64,000 nucleotides of DNA from Parcubacteria group bacterium (GCA_041662245.1 JBAZSW010000007.1:163-64162), one strand, 5' to 3'; positions 1-8,545 are shown, numbered from the stretch's first letter. Numbers and translations: made by a program. Notes: generated by a model from the sequence alone, not told the origin.

Positions 1-563
1 TAGAATATTACTTCAGCTTGGAGATTTCTTCTTCCAAAAGCAAAGGCATCTGATTTAGTTTGCATATAAATATCAAACTTATTTCCTTTAATGGCACCAC
101 CTCTATCTTCACAGGTATAAGTACCATAACCTTCAATTTTAACTTTAGCACCAAAAGGATATTGAGGAGGACAGGCTAGAGTTCGAGCTGGTTGAACTTT
201 TAGACCGCTAGCTGTAATTCCCTTAGAGTTACCACATTCGTCAGCCGATGCTGTATAAGCAGAAGCATTGATGATGAATTTTCCTTCGGGCAGAGAGCTC
301 CATTGATGAGATTGTTTTGTTTTCCAAATAGAAAGCAATTTTTCATCCCTCGGATCAGTAACTGGTTTTTCTTGGTCTGTCTTAGGGAAGTTGTACCCAA
401 CAGGGAGATTTCCTATATAAATTATATTATTTTTTATTTTAAATTTTAGAGCTGTTTCGGAATTAGTTTTTATTTCACTAGCTAAAGTTAATTTAGGTAA
501 AAATATGCTAGCAATCAAAATCACTAAAACGATAATATTACGCATCAAAAATTTATTAAACAT
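1..563 (-). CDS. 3D-domain (cell-wall/peptidoglycan-associated) secreted protein; stop codon falls at the window edge
   Basis: Manual translation (not in ORF track): MFNKFLMRNIIVLVILIASIF...NASAYTASADECGNSKGITASG...LACPPQYPFGAKVKIEGYGTYTCEDRGGAIKGNKFDIY. It has the AYT, TASG, EDRGGAI and DIY motifs and an N-terminal hydrophobic segment. Confidence 0.88.
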   Translation of the reverse strand, partial: MFNKFLMRNIIVLVILIASIFLPKLTLASEIKTNSETALKFKIKNNIIYIGNLPVGYNFPKTDQEKPVTDPRDEKLLSIWKTKQSHQWSSLPEGKFIINASAYTASADECGNSKGITASGLKVQPARTLACPPQYPFGAKVKIEGYGTYTCEDRGGAIKGNKFDIYMQTKSDAFAFGRRNLQAEVIF

Positions 564-669
564 TATTGTCCCAAGCGCGCTTGGAGACAGCCGCTTTTTG
601 GGCGGACTTACCTTGCTTTTTGAGCAAGAGTTGAATCAGGGAGTCCACAGGGCACTTTCTGAGTCAACT
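564..669 (-). promoter_or_regulatory. Structured 5' leader, riboswitch-like, upstream of the 3D-domain gene
   Basis: Several hairpins plus a pseudoknot pairing between promoter and ATG (see findings). Confidence 0.55.
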
Positions 670-673
670 TACA

Positions 674-702
674 ATGATAGCATATAATTAGCGTTTTGTC
701 AA
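674..702 (-). promoter_or_regulatory. sigma70-type promoter TTGACA-17-TATCAT
   Basis: Minus strand reads ttgaca aaacgctaattatatgc tatcat. Confidence 0.7.
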
Positions 703-820
703 TGGTTTTCGGGAGGTATTATTTAATAAATAATTAATGAGTTAACGTATTAACGAATTATTTTGTTGATTTAATTAACTAAAAAATCTGCAGATTAATG
801 CAGATTTTTATGCTTATATG

Positions 821-903
821 TGCCCGAGGCGAGACTCGAACTCGCACGATTTTACAATCGAGGGATTTTAAGTCCCTTGTGTCTACCATTTCACCACCCG
901 GGC
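821..903 (-). tRNA. tRNA-Leu(TAA)
   Basis: GCCCGGGTGGTGAAATGGTAGAC...GGGACTTAAAATCCC...GTTCGAGTC...CTCGGGCA; long variable arm. Confidence 0.95.
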
Positions 904-1007
904 TTTTGGGTGTTCGTATTTGATATGAGCTTCTAAAAAATATCATTTTTCAGAAGCTAAAATAATTCATTCTAAATGAGTGATTTTTTTTCTTTAATCT
1001 TAATCGG

Positions 1008-1078
1008 AGGTCCGAGGCGGACTTGAACCGCCGTACAAGGTTTTGCAGACCTTTGCCTAACCGCTCGGCCATCGGACC
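1008..1078 (-). tRNA. tRNA-Cys(GCA)
   Basis: GGTCCGATGGCCGAGCGG...GGTCTGCAAAACC...GGTTCAAGTCC...CGGACCT; U discriminator. Confidence 0.95.
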
Positions 1079-1318
1079 TTTATGCCAATTTACATTTTTA
1101 TGTCTGCAAATTATTTTCTAAGATTGGGACAATCTATTTATCAAATCAAATAAGTACAAATCTATATTAACAAAGCTAGCAGAAGTGGTCAATGGGGAAT
1201 TATTGTTGGCGAAGTTCTTATTAATTTCTAAATCTTTGGGGCGGGCAGTTGTTTGAATTTATTTGAATTTTTGCTTTTTAAATGTTAAAATTAAATCATA
1301 ACTTTTATTAGTAATAAT

Positions 1319-2341
1319 ATGAAACTATTAGTCACAGGAGGGGCAGGTTTTATTGGTTCGAATTTTATTCGTTATATTTTAGAAAAATATCCTCAGGACA
1401 AAGTGATTAATTTTGATGCGCTTACTTATGCAGGAAATTTGGAAAATTTGAAAGATATTGAAAATAACCCTAACTACATTTTTGTGCATGGTGATATAAT
1501 GGATTCATTGCTTTTGGATGAGGTGGTGGAAGATGCAGATGTTATCGTACATTTTGCCGCCGAATCTCATGTCGATAGATCAATATTAGACAGTGATTCT
1601 TTTGTGCGAACTAATGTTAACGGAACTTTAAATTTGTTAGAAATTGCTAAAAATAGCGGTAAAAAAAGATTTCATCATATTTCTACGGATGAAGTGTATG
1701 GGTCGTTAGAAAAAGATGCGCCAGCTTTCAATGAAAAAACCCCGTATGACCCAAGAAGTCCTTATAGCGCCTCTAAAGCATCTTCAGATCATTTGGTAAG
1801 ATCTTATTTTCATACCCATAATTTGCCAGTTACAATTTCTAATTGTTCTAATAACTATGGACCTTATCAATTTCCAGAAAAAATAATCCCTTTCTTTATT
1901 ACCAGTTTAATGGAGGAAAAAAAAGTTCCCGTTTATGGAACGGGGGAAAATATTCGCGACTGGCTACATGTCATAGATCACTGTGCCGCTATTGATAAAA
2001 TCGTTAGGGAAGGAAAAATAGGGGAGACTTATTGCATCGGCGGAGGAGAGGAAAAAACCAATCTAGAAATTACTTATAAAATTTTAGATTTAATGGGATT
2101 TGATGAAAAATATATTGAGTATGTGCCCGATAGAAAGGGTCACGATAAAAGATACGCAGTTGATTTTACTAAAATAAAAAATGAATTAGGTTGGGAGCCG
2201 TCTATTTCATTTGAAGATGGAATAAAAGAAACGGTGGCATGGTATAAAAATAATAAAGAATGGTTGGATAATATCAAAACTGGTAAATATATGGAGTACA
2301 GTCGAGATTATCGAAATGATAAACATAAGAAGATTAATTAG
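1319..2341 (+). CDS. rfbB: dTDP-glucose 4,6-dehydratase
   Basis: GGAGFIG, HFAAESHVDRSI, STDEVYG, YSASK and NNYGPYQFPEK motifs. Confidence 0.96.
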   Translation: MKLLVTGGAGFIGSNFIRYILEKYPQDKVINFDALTYAGNLENLKDIENNPNYIFVHGDIMDSLLLDEVVEDADVIVHFAAESHVDRSILDSDSFVRTNVNGTLNLLEIAKNSGKKRFHHISTDEVYGSLEKDAPAFNEKTPYDPRSPYSASKASSDHLVRSYFHTHNLPVTISNCSNNYGPYQFPEKIIPFFITSLMEEKKVPVYGTGENIRDWLHVIDHCAAIDKIVREGKIGETYCIGGGEEKTNLEITYKILDLMGFDEKYIEYVPDRKGHDKRYAVDFTKIKNELGWEPSISFEDGIKETVAWYKNNKEWLDNIKTGKYMEYSRDYRNDKHKKIN

Positions 2342-2355
2342 GGATAACTTAAATT

Positions 2356-3300
2356 ATGAAAAAAATTTTAATATTGGGCGCCAAGGGAATGTTGGGGCAA
2401 GAATTGGTAAATATTTTTAGTAAAGGCGATTACGAAATTATTGCTTGGGATAAAGAAGAGCTAGATGTCCTCAAAGAGAAAGAAGCTGTTAAAAAAATAT
2501 CGGCGACTAAGGCAAAGATTATTTTAAATGCCGTAGCTTACAATGCTGTTGATAAATGCGAAGAAGAAGAGGAATTTGAATTAGCTAAAAAAATAAACGG
2601 AAAGGTCCCTGGATATTTGGCTAAAATAGCTAGAGATATGGGAGCAATTTTTGTGCATTATTCTAGCGACTATGTTTTTGGAGCTCAGATGCCCGAAATT
2701 CCTGAACCAGTAGGTTGTACGGGAAGTTGCGGAAGTTGTGGATTACATGCTGGTTTTGAGCCGGAGATTGGCTATGGTGAGGATGATAAACCTGCTCCTG
2801 TTAACAAATATGGACAGACTAAATTATTGGGAGAAAAGGAGGTAATAAAAAACGGAGAAAAATTCTATATCATTAGACTGTCTAAGTTATTCGGTAAGCC
2901 ATCTTCTGCCCTAGGAGCCAAAAAAAGTTTTTTTGATACAATGATAAGTTTAGTAAAAAATCCTCCAGAAGGCGGAATAAGAGTTATTGATGGAGAAACT
3001 AGCTGTTTTACTTATGCGCCTGATTTGGCGCAAAAAACTAAAGAGATAATTGAATCCAAAAAAGAATTTGGAATTTATCATATTACCAACAGTGATGGGG
3101 TGACTTGGTATGATGCGGCGGAAGAATTGTTTGCGCAAGCAGGATTAGAACATATAAAGATAGAACCGGTGGACAGTGACGAGTTCCTTCGACCGGCTCA
3201 GCGTCCGTATTTTTCTGTGTTGCTTAATAAAAAATTAAATCCACTAAGAAGTTACAAAGAAGCTTTATCGGAATATCTAAAAGATAACTTTAAAAAATAA
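2356..3300 (+). CDS. rfbD: dTDP-4-dehydrorhamnose reductase with a Cys-rich insertion
   Basis: GAKGMLG, AYNAVDKCE, SSDYVF, YGQTKLLGE and RPAQRP motifs; directly after rfbB. Confidence 0.9.
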   Translation: MKKILILGAKGMLGQELVNIFSKGDYEIIAWDKEELDVLKEKEAVKKISATKAKIILNAVAYNAVDKCEEEEEFELAKKINGKVPGYLAKIARDMGAIFVHYSSDYVFGAQMPEIPEPVGCTGSCGSCGLHAGFEPEIGYGEDDKPAPVNKYGQTKLLGEKEVIKNGEKFYIIRLSKLFGKPSSALGAKKSFFDTMISLVKNPPEGGIRVIDGETSCFTYAPDLAQKTKEIIESKKEFGIYHITNSDGVTWYDAAEELFAQAGLEHIKIEPVDSDEFLRPAQRPYFSVLLNKKLNPLRSYKEALSEYLKDNFKK

Positions 3301-3317
3301 AATTAAAAAACAAAAAA

Positions 3318-3524
3318 ATGATAAGAATAAAAATGATAGTGAAAACGGAAATAGGAGTTTCTATTATTTTAGTATTTTCTTTATTAGTAGCAATTTTTAC
3401 CGTAGTAGGTTTTGGTAAAACAATTAAAGATTTGGATAGAATAAATGAGTCTGTCCAAAAAAATCAAGCGGCACTTAATGAATTGCCAAAAAATGAACAA
3501 GGAACGCCAGTGATAAGTCATTGA
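3318..3524 (+). CDS. Small single-pass membrane protein, hypothetical
   Basis: 68-aa ORF co-oriented with rfbD, one hydrophobic segment. Confidence 0.55.
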   Translation: MIRIKMIVKTEIGVSIILVFSLLVAIFTVVGFGKTIKDLDRINESVQKNQAALNELPKNEQGTPVISH

Positions 3525-3623
3525 CAGTTCTACCTTTTTAATGTATAATCGCGAGATGTGCAATTTTGCGCAGAGTTATTTTTATTTGAAATAAAGGTGG
3601 TATAACCTTAATAGGGGAGCTGG

Positions 3624-4130
3624 GTGAATATGGGAAATTTGACTACTGGGAAGTTTCTGATTTTGGTGATACTTGTAGCTACGACAGTGGGTATATATCG
3701 TGGACAAGGAGATACAATTAAACGTTATGAAACGGAGATCAAGGACCTGAAGACAAAAATCGAGAAATTGGAAGGAGAGGTCAAAGCAGGAGATGGTATA
3801 ATCTTGTTGGAAAATTTGGGTAGTCTGGGGCTAAACATTCAAATGCTTTCTCTTATGGAGGCGGGGGATGTCGTTCTTGACGAAAGAACAGAAAAAGCCA
3901 TGAGAAAAAGAATAGTCGGTGATATAGCTTTTATGTTAAAAGTAATCAGTGATTATTCGCTATCTGTTTATGGAGAATTTCCCGAAAAACTCGGCAAGAG
4001 TTTTGAGTCAATTACAGGAAACATCCAAAGCGATAACGTCAGAAAGGCTTTGATTGAGCTTTCGCAAGTTTATCCTCTTCTGGAGAAATTTGTGAAAGGG
4101 AAAGAATTGGTGGAAATGACAAATAAATAA
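3624..4130 (+). CDS. Hypothetical protein with N-terminal TM segment and coiled coil
   Basis: Own promoter TTGACA-17-TATAAT (~3521-3549), SD GGGGAG and downstream terminator. Confidence 0.7.
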   Translation: MNMGNLTTGKFLILVILVATTVGIYRGQGDTIKRYETEIKDLKTKIEKLEGEVKAGDGIILLENLGSLGLNIQMLSLMEAGDVVLDERTEKAMRKRIVGDIAFMLKVISDYSLSVYGEFPEKLGKSFESITGNIQSDNVRKALIELSQVYPLLEKFVKGKELVEMTNK

Positions 4131-4155
4131 TTTTTCCAAAGAGAATTTATTCGTA

Positions 4156-4190
4156 ACTGGATTTTACAGAAATGTAGAATCCAGTTTTTT
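4156..4190 (+). terminator. Intrinsic terminator
   Basis: aactggattttaca-gaaa-tgtagaatccagtt followed by a T-run. Confidence 0.75.
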
Positions 4191-4260
4191 ATACAAAAAA
4201 ACACCAATTTTATTTGGCGGTTTTTTTGCTATGTGGTACGTGTTTTATATTGTATGAAAG

Positions 4261-4608
4261 TTATTTTTTCACTTCTTCCATAAATTTTTCAAATACCTCA
4301 GGGTTTTCTCCGGCTAGTTGAGATAACACTTTTCTATCAAGCTCAATGCTTTTATCTTTTAGAACTTTGATAAATTTGCTATAGGATAATTCAAATTTTC
4401 TTACAGCATTGTTTAATCGGATAATCCAAAGTCCTCGCATAGTCCTTTTCTTAGTTCTCCTATCTCGGTAAGCATATTTCCCCGCTTTCAGAAGGGCTTC
4501 TTTGGCTGCTCTAAAATTAGTACTTCTTCTCCATTTAAAACCTTTAGTTAAGGCTAGAACATTTTTTCTTCTTTTATTGGCGGAAACACCGCGTTTTACT
4601 CGTGTCAT
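4261..4608 (-). CDS. rplT: 50S ribosomal protein L20
   Basis: MTRVKRG...YAYRDRR...LWIIRLN...LDRKVLS. Confidence 0.97.
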   Translation of the reverse strand: MTRVKRGVSANKRRKNVLALTKGFKWRRSTNFRAAKEALLKAGKYAYRDRRTKKRTMRGLWIIRLNNAVRKFELSYSKFIKVLKDKSIELDRKVLSQLAGENPEVFEKFMEEVKK

Positions 4609-4613
4609 TGTTT

Positions 4614-4693
4614 TAGTAACTAGTAACTAGTAACTAGTAACTAGTTTTCAGAAATTAAATTACTGATTACCGATTACTGATTACTGGTTACTG
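4614..4693. repeat. Inverted heptamer arrays, (TAGTAAC)n / (GATTACT)n, empty element
   Basis: 4614-4645 has TAGTAAC x4.5; 4659-4693 has complementary degenerate units. Confidence 0.9.
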
Positions 4694-4698
4694 CGTAA

Positions 4699-4890
4699 TT
4701 ATACTATTGCTTTTAAAATATTTTTAGCTTCTTGTCCTACTATTTCCACATCCGATCTCTTCTTTCTCTTGAGAGTACCGGTTTGTTTGGCATTAAAATG
4801 ATTTTGTTTAGTATATCTGCGTAAAACTTTCTTCCCCCCAGTTATTTTAACTTTTTTTACAAGAGATTTTTTACTTTTCATCTTTGGCAT
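4699..4890 (-). CDS. rpmI: 50S ribosomal protein L35
   Basis: MPKMKSKKS...KITGGKKVLRR..QNHFNAK; lies between infC and rplT. Confidence 0.93.
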   Translation of the reverse strand: MPKMKSKKSLVKKVKITGGKKVLRRYTKQNHFNAKQTGTLKRKKRSDVEIVGQEAKNILKAIV

Positions 4891-4950
4891 AAAATTTTCT
4901 TTAGATTACCTGAAATTATTATTTAAAACTTTCTATTTATCAAATTATTT

Positions 4951-5493
4951 TTATTCGGGAGCCAGTAGAATGTTAAATCCTCCCGGAAACCTCTTAACAT
5001 CTTCTTCTATTTTATGAGGAATGTCAATACTGCTTACGAATTTTCGGATACCTGCGACGGCTAAATCTTGATGAGCTTTCTCTCTCCCTCGCAAGCGTAA
5101 TTCAATTTTTACTTTGTTGCCTTTACTTAAAAACTTTTCTGTCTGTTTTTTCTTAAAAGCGAGATCATGAGCATCGGTTCTTACTCCAAGTCGGACACCT
5201 TTTACATCAGTTTTTTTCTGTTTGGCTTTATTTAAACGATCTTGTTTAGATTGACTGTATTGAAATTTTCCAAAATTGGCTATTTTGCAAACGGGAGGAT
5301 TGGTATTGGGAGAAACTTCCACTAAATCCAAATTTTTAGATTTGGCCAAAGCAAGGGCGTCTGTATTGCTCATTTCACCCAATTGCTCCTTATTTTCACC
5401 AATAACAAAAACAATTGGTGTTCGAATATACTCGTTTATTCGATAACGAGGTTTTTGTTGAGTGGGTTTTCTTTTAGTATGACGTCTTCGCAT
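4951..5493 (-). CDS. infC: Translation initiation factor IF-3
   Basis: RINEYIR, LDLVEVSPNTNPPVCKI and RGRE motifs. Confidence 0.96.
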   Translation of the reverse strand: MRRRHTKRKPTQQKPRYRINEYIRTPIVFVIGENKEQLGEMSNTDALALAKSKNLDLVEVSPNTNPPVCKIANFGKFQYSQSKQDRLNKAKQKKTDVKGVRLGVRTDAHDLAFKKKQTEKFLSKGNKVKIELRLRGREKAHQDLAVAGIRKFVSSIDIPHKIEEDVKRFPGGFNILLAPE

Positions 5494-5497
5494 GAGA

Positions 5498-5598
5498 TAG
5501 TGACTAGTAACTGGTAATCAGTAACTGGCAATTATTTTTTTTGTATTTAGTCTGTAACATTTAACTTGTTACGAGTTACTAATTACGGATTGCTAATT
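5498..5598. repeat. Inverted heptamer arrays, degenerate (YRGTAAC)n / (RGTTACN)n, empty element
   Basis: 5498-5533 tagtgac tagtaac tggtaat cagtaac tggcaat; 5566-5598 has complementary units. Confidence 0.8.
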
Positions 5599-5602
5599 AA
5601 TG

Positions 5603-6013
5603 TGGAGCTGGTGGGAATTGAACCCACGTCCAGAATTGGCTAAAAAAACATTTCTACAAGTTTATTTTATCTTTTGTTCTGTTGCAAAACAGAGTTCTGG
5701 GCTAATAAATATAAGATAAACGAACTTTATTAGTCGATCTTTCGATTAGTTTTGCCAGTTATGCGAAGGAGACATAGTTGGCTATTCTAGTGATTGACAC
5801 CGAGGTCTGCTTACTAGAAATGGGCAGTTCGATGGCTGAAGCAATTTAGGCTAAAGCAGGAGCGAAAGATGGTGCAAATGCGTTAGCAATTGCGTCTTTA
5901 GCTTTTGATATAAAGTTTGCACTTATAATCGTGTAACCGAGTTTTACGACTATTATTACTTGAGTCGACTTGCTTAGTTTTTAAAGTTCAAACTGTCGAA
6001 ACTAGACAGCCCC
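5603..6013 (-). ncRNA. ssrA: tmRNA; tag peptide (A)ANFISKAKDAIANAFAPSFAPALA* at 5920-5846
   Basis: 5' GGGGCTG...TTCGAC; 3' GGACGTGGGTTCAATTCCCACCAGCTCCA; resume context TAAGT-GCA; adjacent to smpB. Confidence 0.95.
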
Positions 6014-6125
6014 GCCCGCATCGCTACGCGAAGCGTTGCGGGCGGGCCCGCCCAAGAAAATACTGGGTAAGCTCTGTTTGCAACGCTAGTAGTATTATCT
6101 ACTACGCGAAGTGTTGTCGGCGCGA
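6014..6125. repeat. GC-rich REP-like hairpins between smpB and ssrA
   Basis: gcccgcatcgctacgcgaagcgttgcgggc, plus a degenerate second copy ctacgcgaagtgttgtcggcg. Confidence 0.6.
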
Positions 6126-6135
6126 ATGTTTAATT

Positions 6136-6585
6136 TTAATTTATATTGCGAAGAATTCTCTTCATTTTTCGAGTGGAATCTTTCTTCTTGATATCCTCGC
6201 GTTTATCGTATTCTTTTTTACCACGACCAACACCAAACTCAAGCTTGATAAGTCTTTTTTTAGTATAAACCCGAATAGGCACAAGTGTCAAGCCTTTAAC
6301 CTTGCCTTTTCCCAATAAAGACTTGATTTCCGATTTTTTAACCAATAATTTTCGAGAACGCCTAGAATCGTAACCAGTAGGATCACCTGCGAATTTGTAA
6401 AAAGGAATGTCAGCGTTGGTTAAATATAATTCATTCCCCTTAAAAGTAACAAAACTTCCCTTGAGACTAAGGTGACCAGTTTTTATGGATTTTACTTCGG
6501 CTCCTGTCAAAACCAAACCCGCCTCATATTTATCGGTGAGGGCATAATCAAAACTGGCTCGTTTGTTTACGGCGATTGTTGTCAT
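6136..6585 (-). CDS. smpB: SsrA-binding protein
   Basis: NKRASFDY, EAGLVLTGAEVKS, RKLL and GRGKKEYDKRE motifs. Confidence 0.97.
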   Translation of the reverse strand: MTTIAVNKRASFDYALTDKYEAGLVLTGAEVKSIKTGHLSLKGSFVTFKGNELYLTNADIPFYKFAGDPTGYDSRRSRKLLVKKSEIKSLLGKGKVKGLTLVPIRVYTKKRLIKLEFGVGRGKKEYDKREDIKKKDSTRKMKRILRNIN

Positions 6586-6778
6586 ATGGTTTTAGTGTAA
6601 CAGATGTTTCGAATGTTGGAAATGCTTGAGATGCTTGTTTCATATATTGAGCAAAATAAATTTTAAAACAATTCTTTGACATAATTGTTGTAGAGTGATA
6701 TTGTTTTTTAAAGTCGAAAATGACTCTAAATTAGATCTTTTAATAAACCTAAAATAATTTTACCCAAGGAGAAATGCC

Positions 6779-7627
6779 ATGGAAAAAACAATACAGCAAA
6801 TGGTGGATAATATAATTAAAAGCCAAAGGCAGTTATTTATAGCAGAGAGAGAAGTGGTGCGCCTGAAAGAGAGAATCTCGGTAAATAGTAGCGATGTGAT
6901 TAGGAATATTGAAAAAGGAAAAAGTTCTGGAGATCCAATAAGGGATTTAGTTATCGCAAGACACCGTGTATTTGGAGCGACAGAATTAGAAGAAAAATAT
7001 CGCTCTTTGGAAAGTAGGCTCAAGGGTAACATTGGCCAGTGTGTCATTACAATAGAAAAAAAAGACTGGCAGGAGTTTGCCGGTTTTCCAAATAATCACA
7101 AGAGTCGAGAACAACTCAATATCGGAATTTTAAGCGGAGAATCGTTTATTTCTGGGAATGATGGTTTTCGTTTCTCCTTTTTCTTTCCTGTAGAAAAATG
7201 CATTGCCTATTGGACAAAATCTTCTGGGCGTGCTGGAGAGAGATACTCTTGTACTAAAAAAATGGATGTACCTCATTTTCTAAGTGAGGAAACATTGTCC
7301 TCTGGCAAATATAAAGCAGATTTCATTGTCTCAATTGGTAATCAGGAAATATCCGATTATCTAGAGACTGCACCCGAAGATAGCTTGTTATTTTTGATGG
7401 AGGTTACTCGGGAGCTAGGTATTGAGTTTGACTCTTCTGAATTTAAGGAGTTTGTAAGAGAGCAAGAAGAGAAGCTGTCGGAAGAAATTGCCGACCTTCG
7501 ATCAACGATACATTTAATTGGAGTAGGATGTGAATTTAAAGATGAAACTAAGGAATCTGCTGAAAAAAAATTAGCAGAAGTTTTGACCAAGGCTAGTAAG
7601 CTTGGAATAAGTGTTCCCTCTAAATAA
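6779..7627 (+). CDS. Hypothetical protein
   Basis: 282-aa ORF with SD AAGGAG, upstream TTGACA promoter and downstream terminator (~7648-7680). Confidence 0.75.
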   Translation: MEKTIQQMVDNIIKSQRQLFIAEREVVRLKERISVNSSDVIRNIEKGKSSGDPIRDLVIARHRVFGATELEEKYRSLESRLKGNIGQCVITIEKKDWQEFAGFPNNHKSREQLNIGILSGESFISGNDGFRFSFFFPVEKCIAYWTKSSGRAGERYSCTKKMDVPHFLSEETLSSGKYKADFIVSIGNQEISDYLETAPEDSLLFLMEVTRELGIEFDSSEFKEFVREQEEKLSEEIADLRSTIHLIGVGCEFKDETKESAEKKLAEVLTKASKLGISVPSK

Positions 7628-7778
7628 GATTTAATTATCAAAAAACAAAAGTCATCACCATTTTTGGTAGATGACTTTTTTATTTTTTTAAAAAGATTGA
7701 CAAATCAATGATTTAATGTTATATAACTTATGGTAGAGGAGAGGATAGTTTTTTTATCTTATTTTTTGGGAGGTAAAG

Positions 7779-8111
7779 ATGAGCGAGGTAATGGTGTATG
7801 CTGGAGGAAATGGTGTAAGTGTTCCGGATGATTGTGAGCCATTTTTCTTTGCAAAGATAAATGAGGAAGATGGTTATCTGGTGATTTATGGGCATTCGGA
7901 TGGAAGACTATCCGATGGAAAAGCGGCTATCGGTCATGAAGGCGTTCCAATGGAAATATTTAAAATTAACCATGGGCACTGGATTGGAGCGGGGAAAAAA
8001 AGAGGAATCATAGAAGTGGACTACAAGGGTAGTCTTATGAACGTTGCATTTTCTCCAAAGGAGGGGCGTTACAATAACCACCCCTTCGAGAAAGTTATAG
8101 AAAACATCTGA
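7779..8111 (+). CDS. Hypothetical protein
   Basis: 110-aa ORF with SD GGAGG and upstream TTGACA promoter. Confidence 0.7.
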   Translation: MSEVMVYAGGNGVSVPDDCEPFFFAKINEEDGYLVIYGHSDGRLSDGKAAIGHEGVPMEIFKINHGHWIGAGKKRGIIEVDYKGSLMNVAFSPKEGRYNNHPFEKVIENI

Positions 8112-8152
8112 TTTGGTTGACTTTTGTTTCAATATCGTCTTATACTATTATA

Positions 8153-8380
8153 GGAATTGAAAATGACATTTGAGAATTTTGGCTACTTTTTAGTAGAATG
8201 AGTTCACAAGGTCGATTCTGAGATAGAAACAATCCTCTCGCGGTCTTCATTCAGAGGAGACTGCAATGTAGGTGGCAAAGCGGTTTAAATTTTTTGTTTC
8301 GAAAAACGTTTCGAAAAACGATTATTCAACACTGGGCTATTTTTTGCCCTGAGAATATCGGTTCAAAGAATTTCAATTCC
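8153..8380 (+). ncRNA. Candidate rod-like ncRNA (6S-like)
   Basis: Promoter TTGACT-18-TATACT (8117-8146); ends pair (GGAATTGAAA/TTTCAATTCC); terminator at 8381-8408; no intact ORF. Confidence 0.5.
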
Positions 8381-8417
8381 CAGAGGGATCACTTCGGTGC
8401 TCCCTCTGATTTTATTT
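8381..8417 (+). terminator. Intrinsic terminator
   Basis: cagagggatcac-ttcg-gtgctccctctg followed by a T-rich tail. Confidence 0.75.
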
Positions 8418-8545
8418 ATAAGTAAATTTTTTTAATAAAAAATTAGAACTGGGCGGAAGGCATTGGGTAACCTTCCGCATTTTTTTATCTCTCTTTGGAG
8501 ACTAATGCTTATCGTAAATACGAATACGATTAAAGAAATTAAATC

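Noticed and set aside
200-687. Track ORFs 200-400 (-) and 505-687 (+)
   Set aside because: They overlap the better-supported 3D-domain gene and its leader.
8198-8425. Frame open except for one TGA, hinting at TGA recoding (code 25/4)
   Set aside because: It runs through a terminator and has no SD. TGA ends rarA, and conserved genes show no internal TGA.
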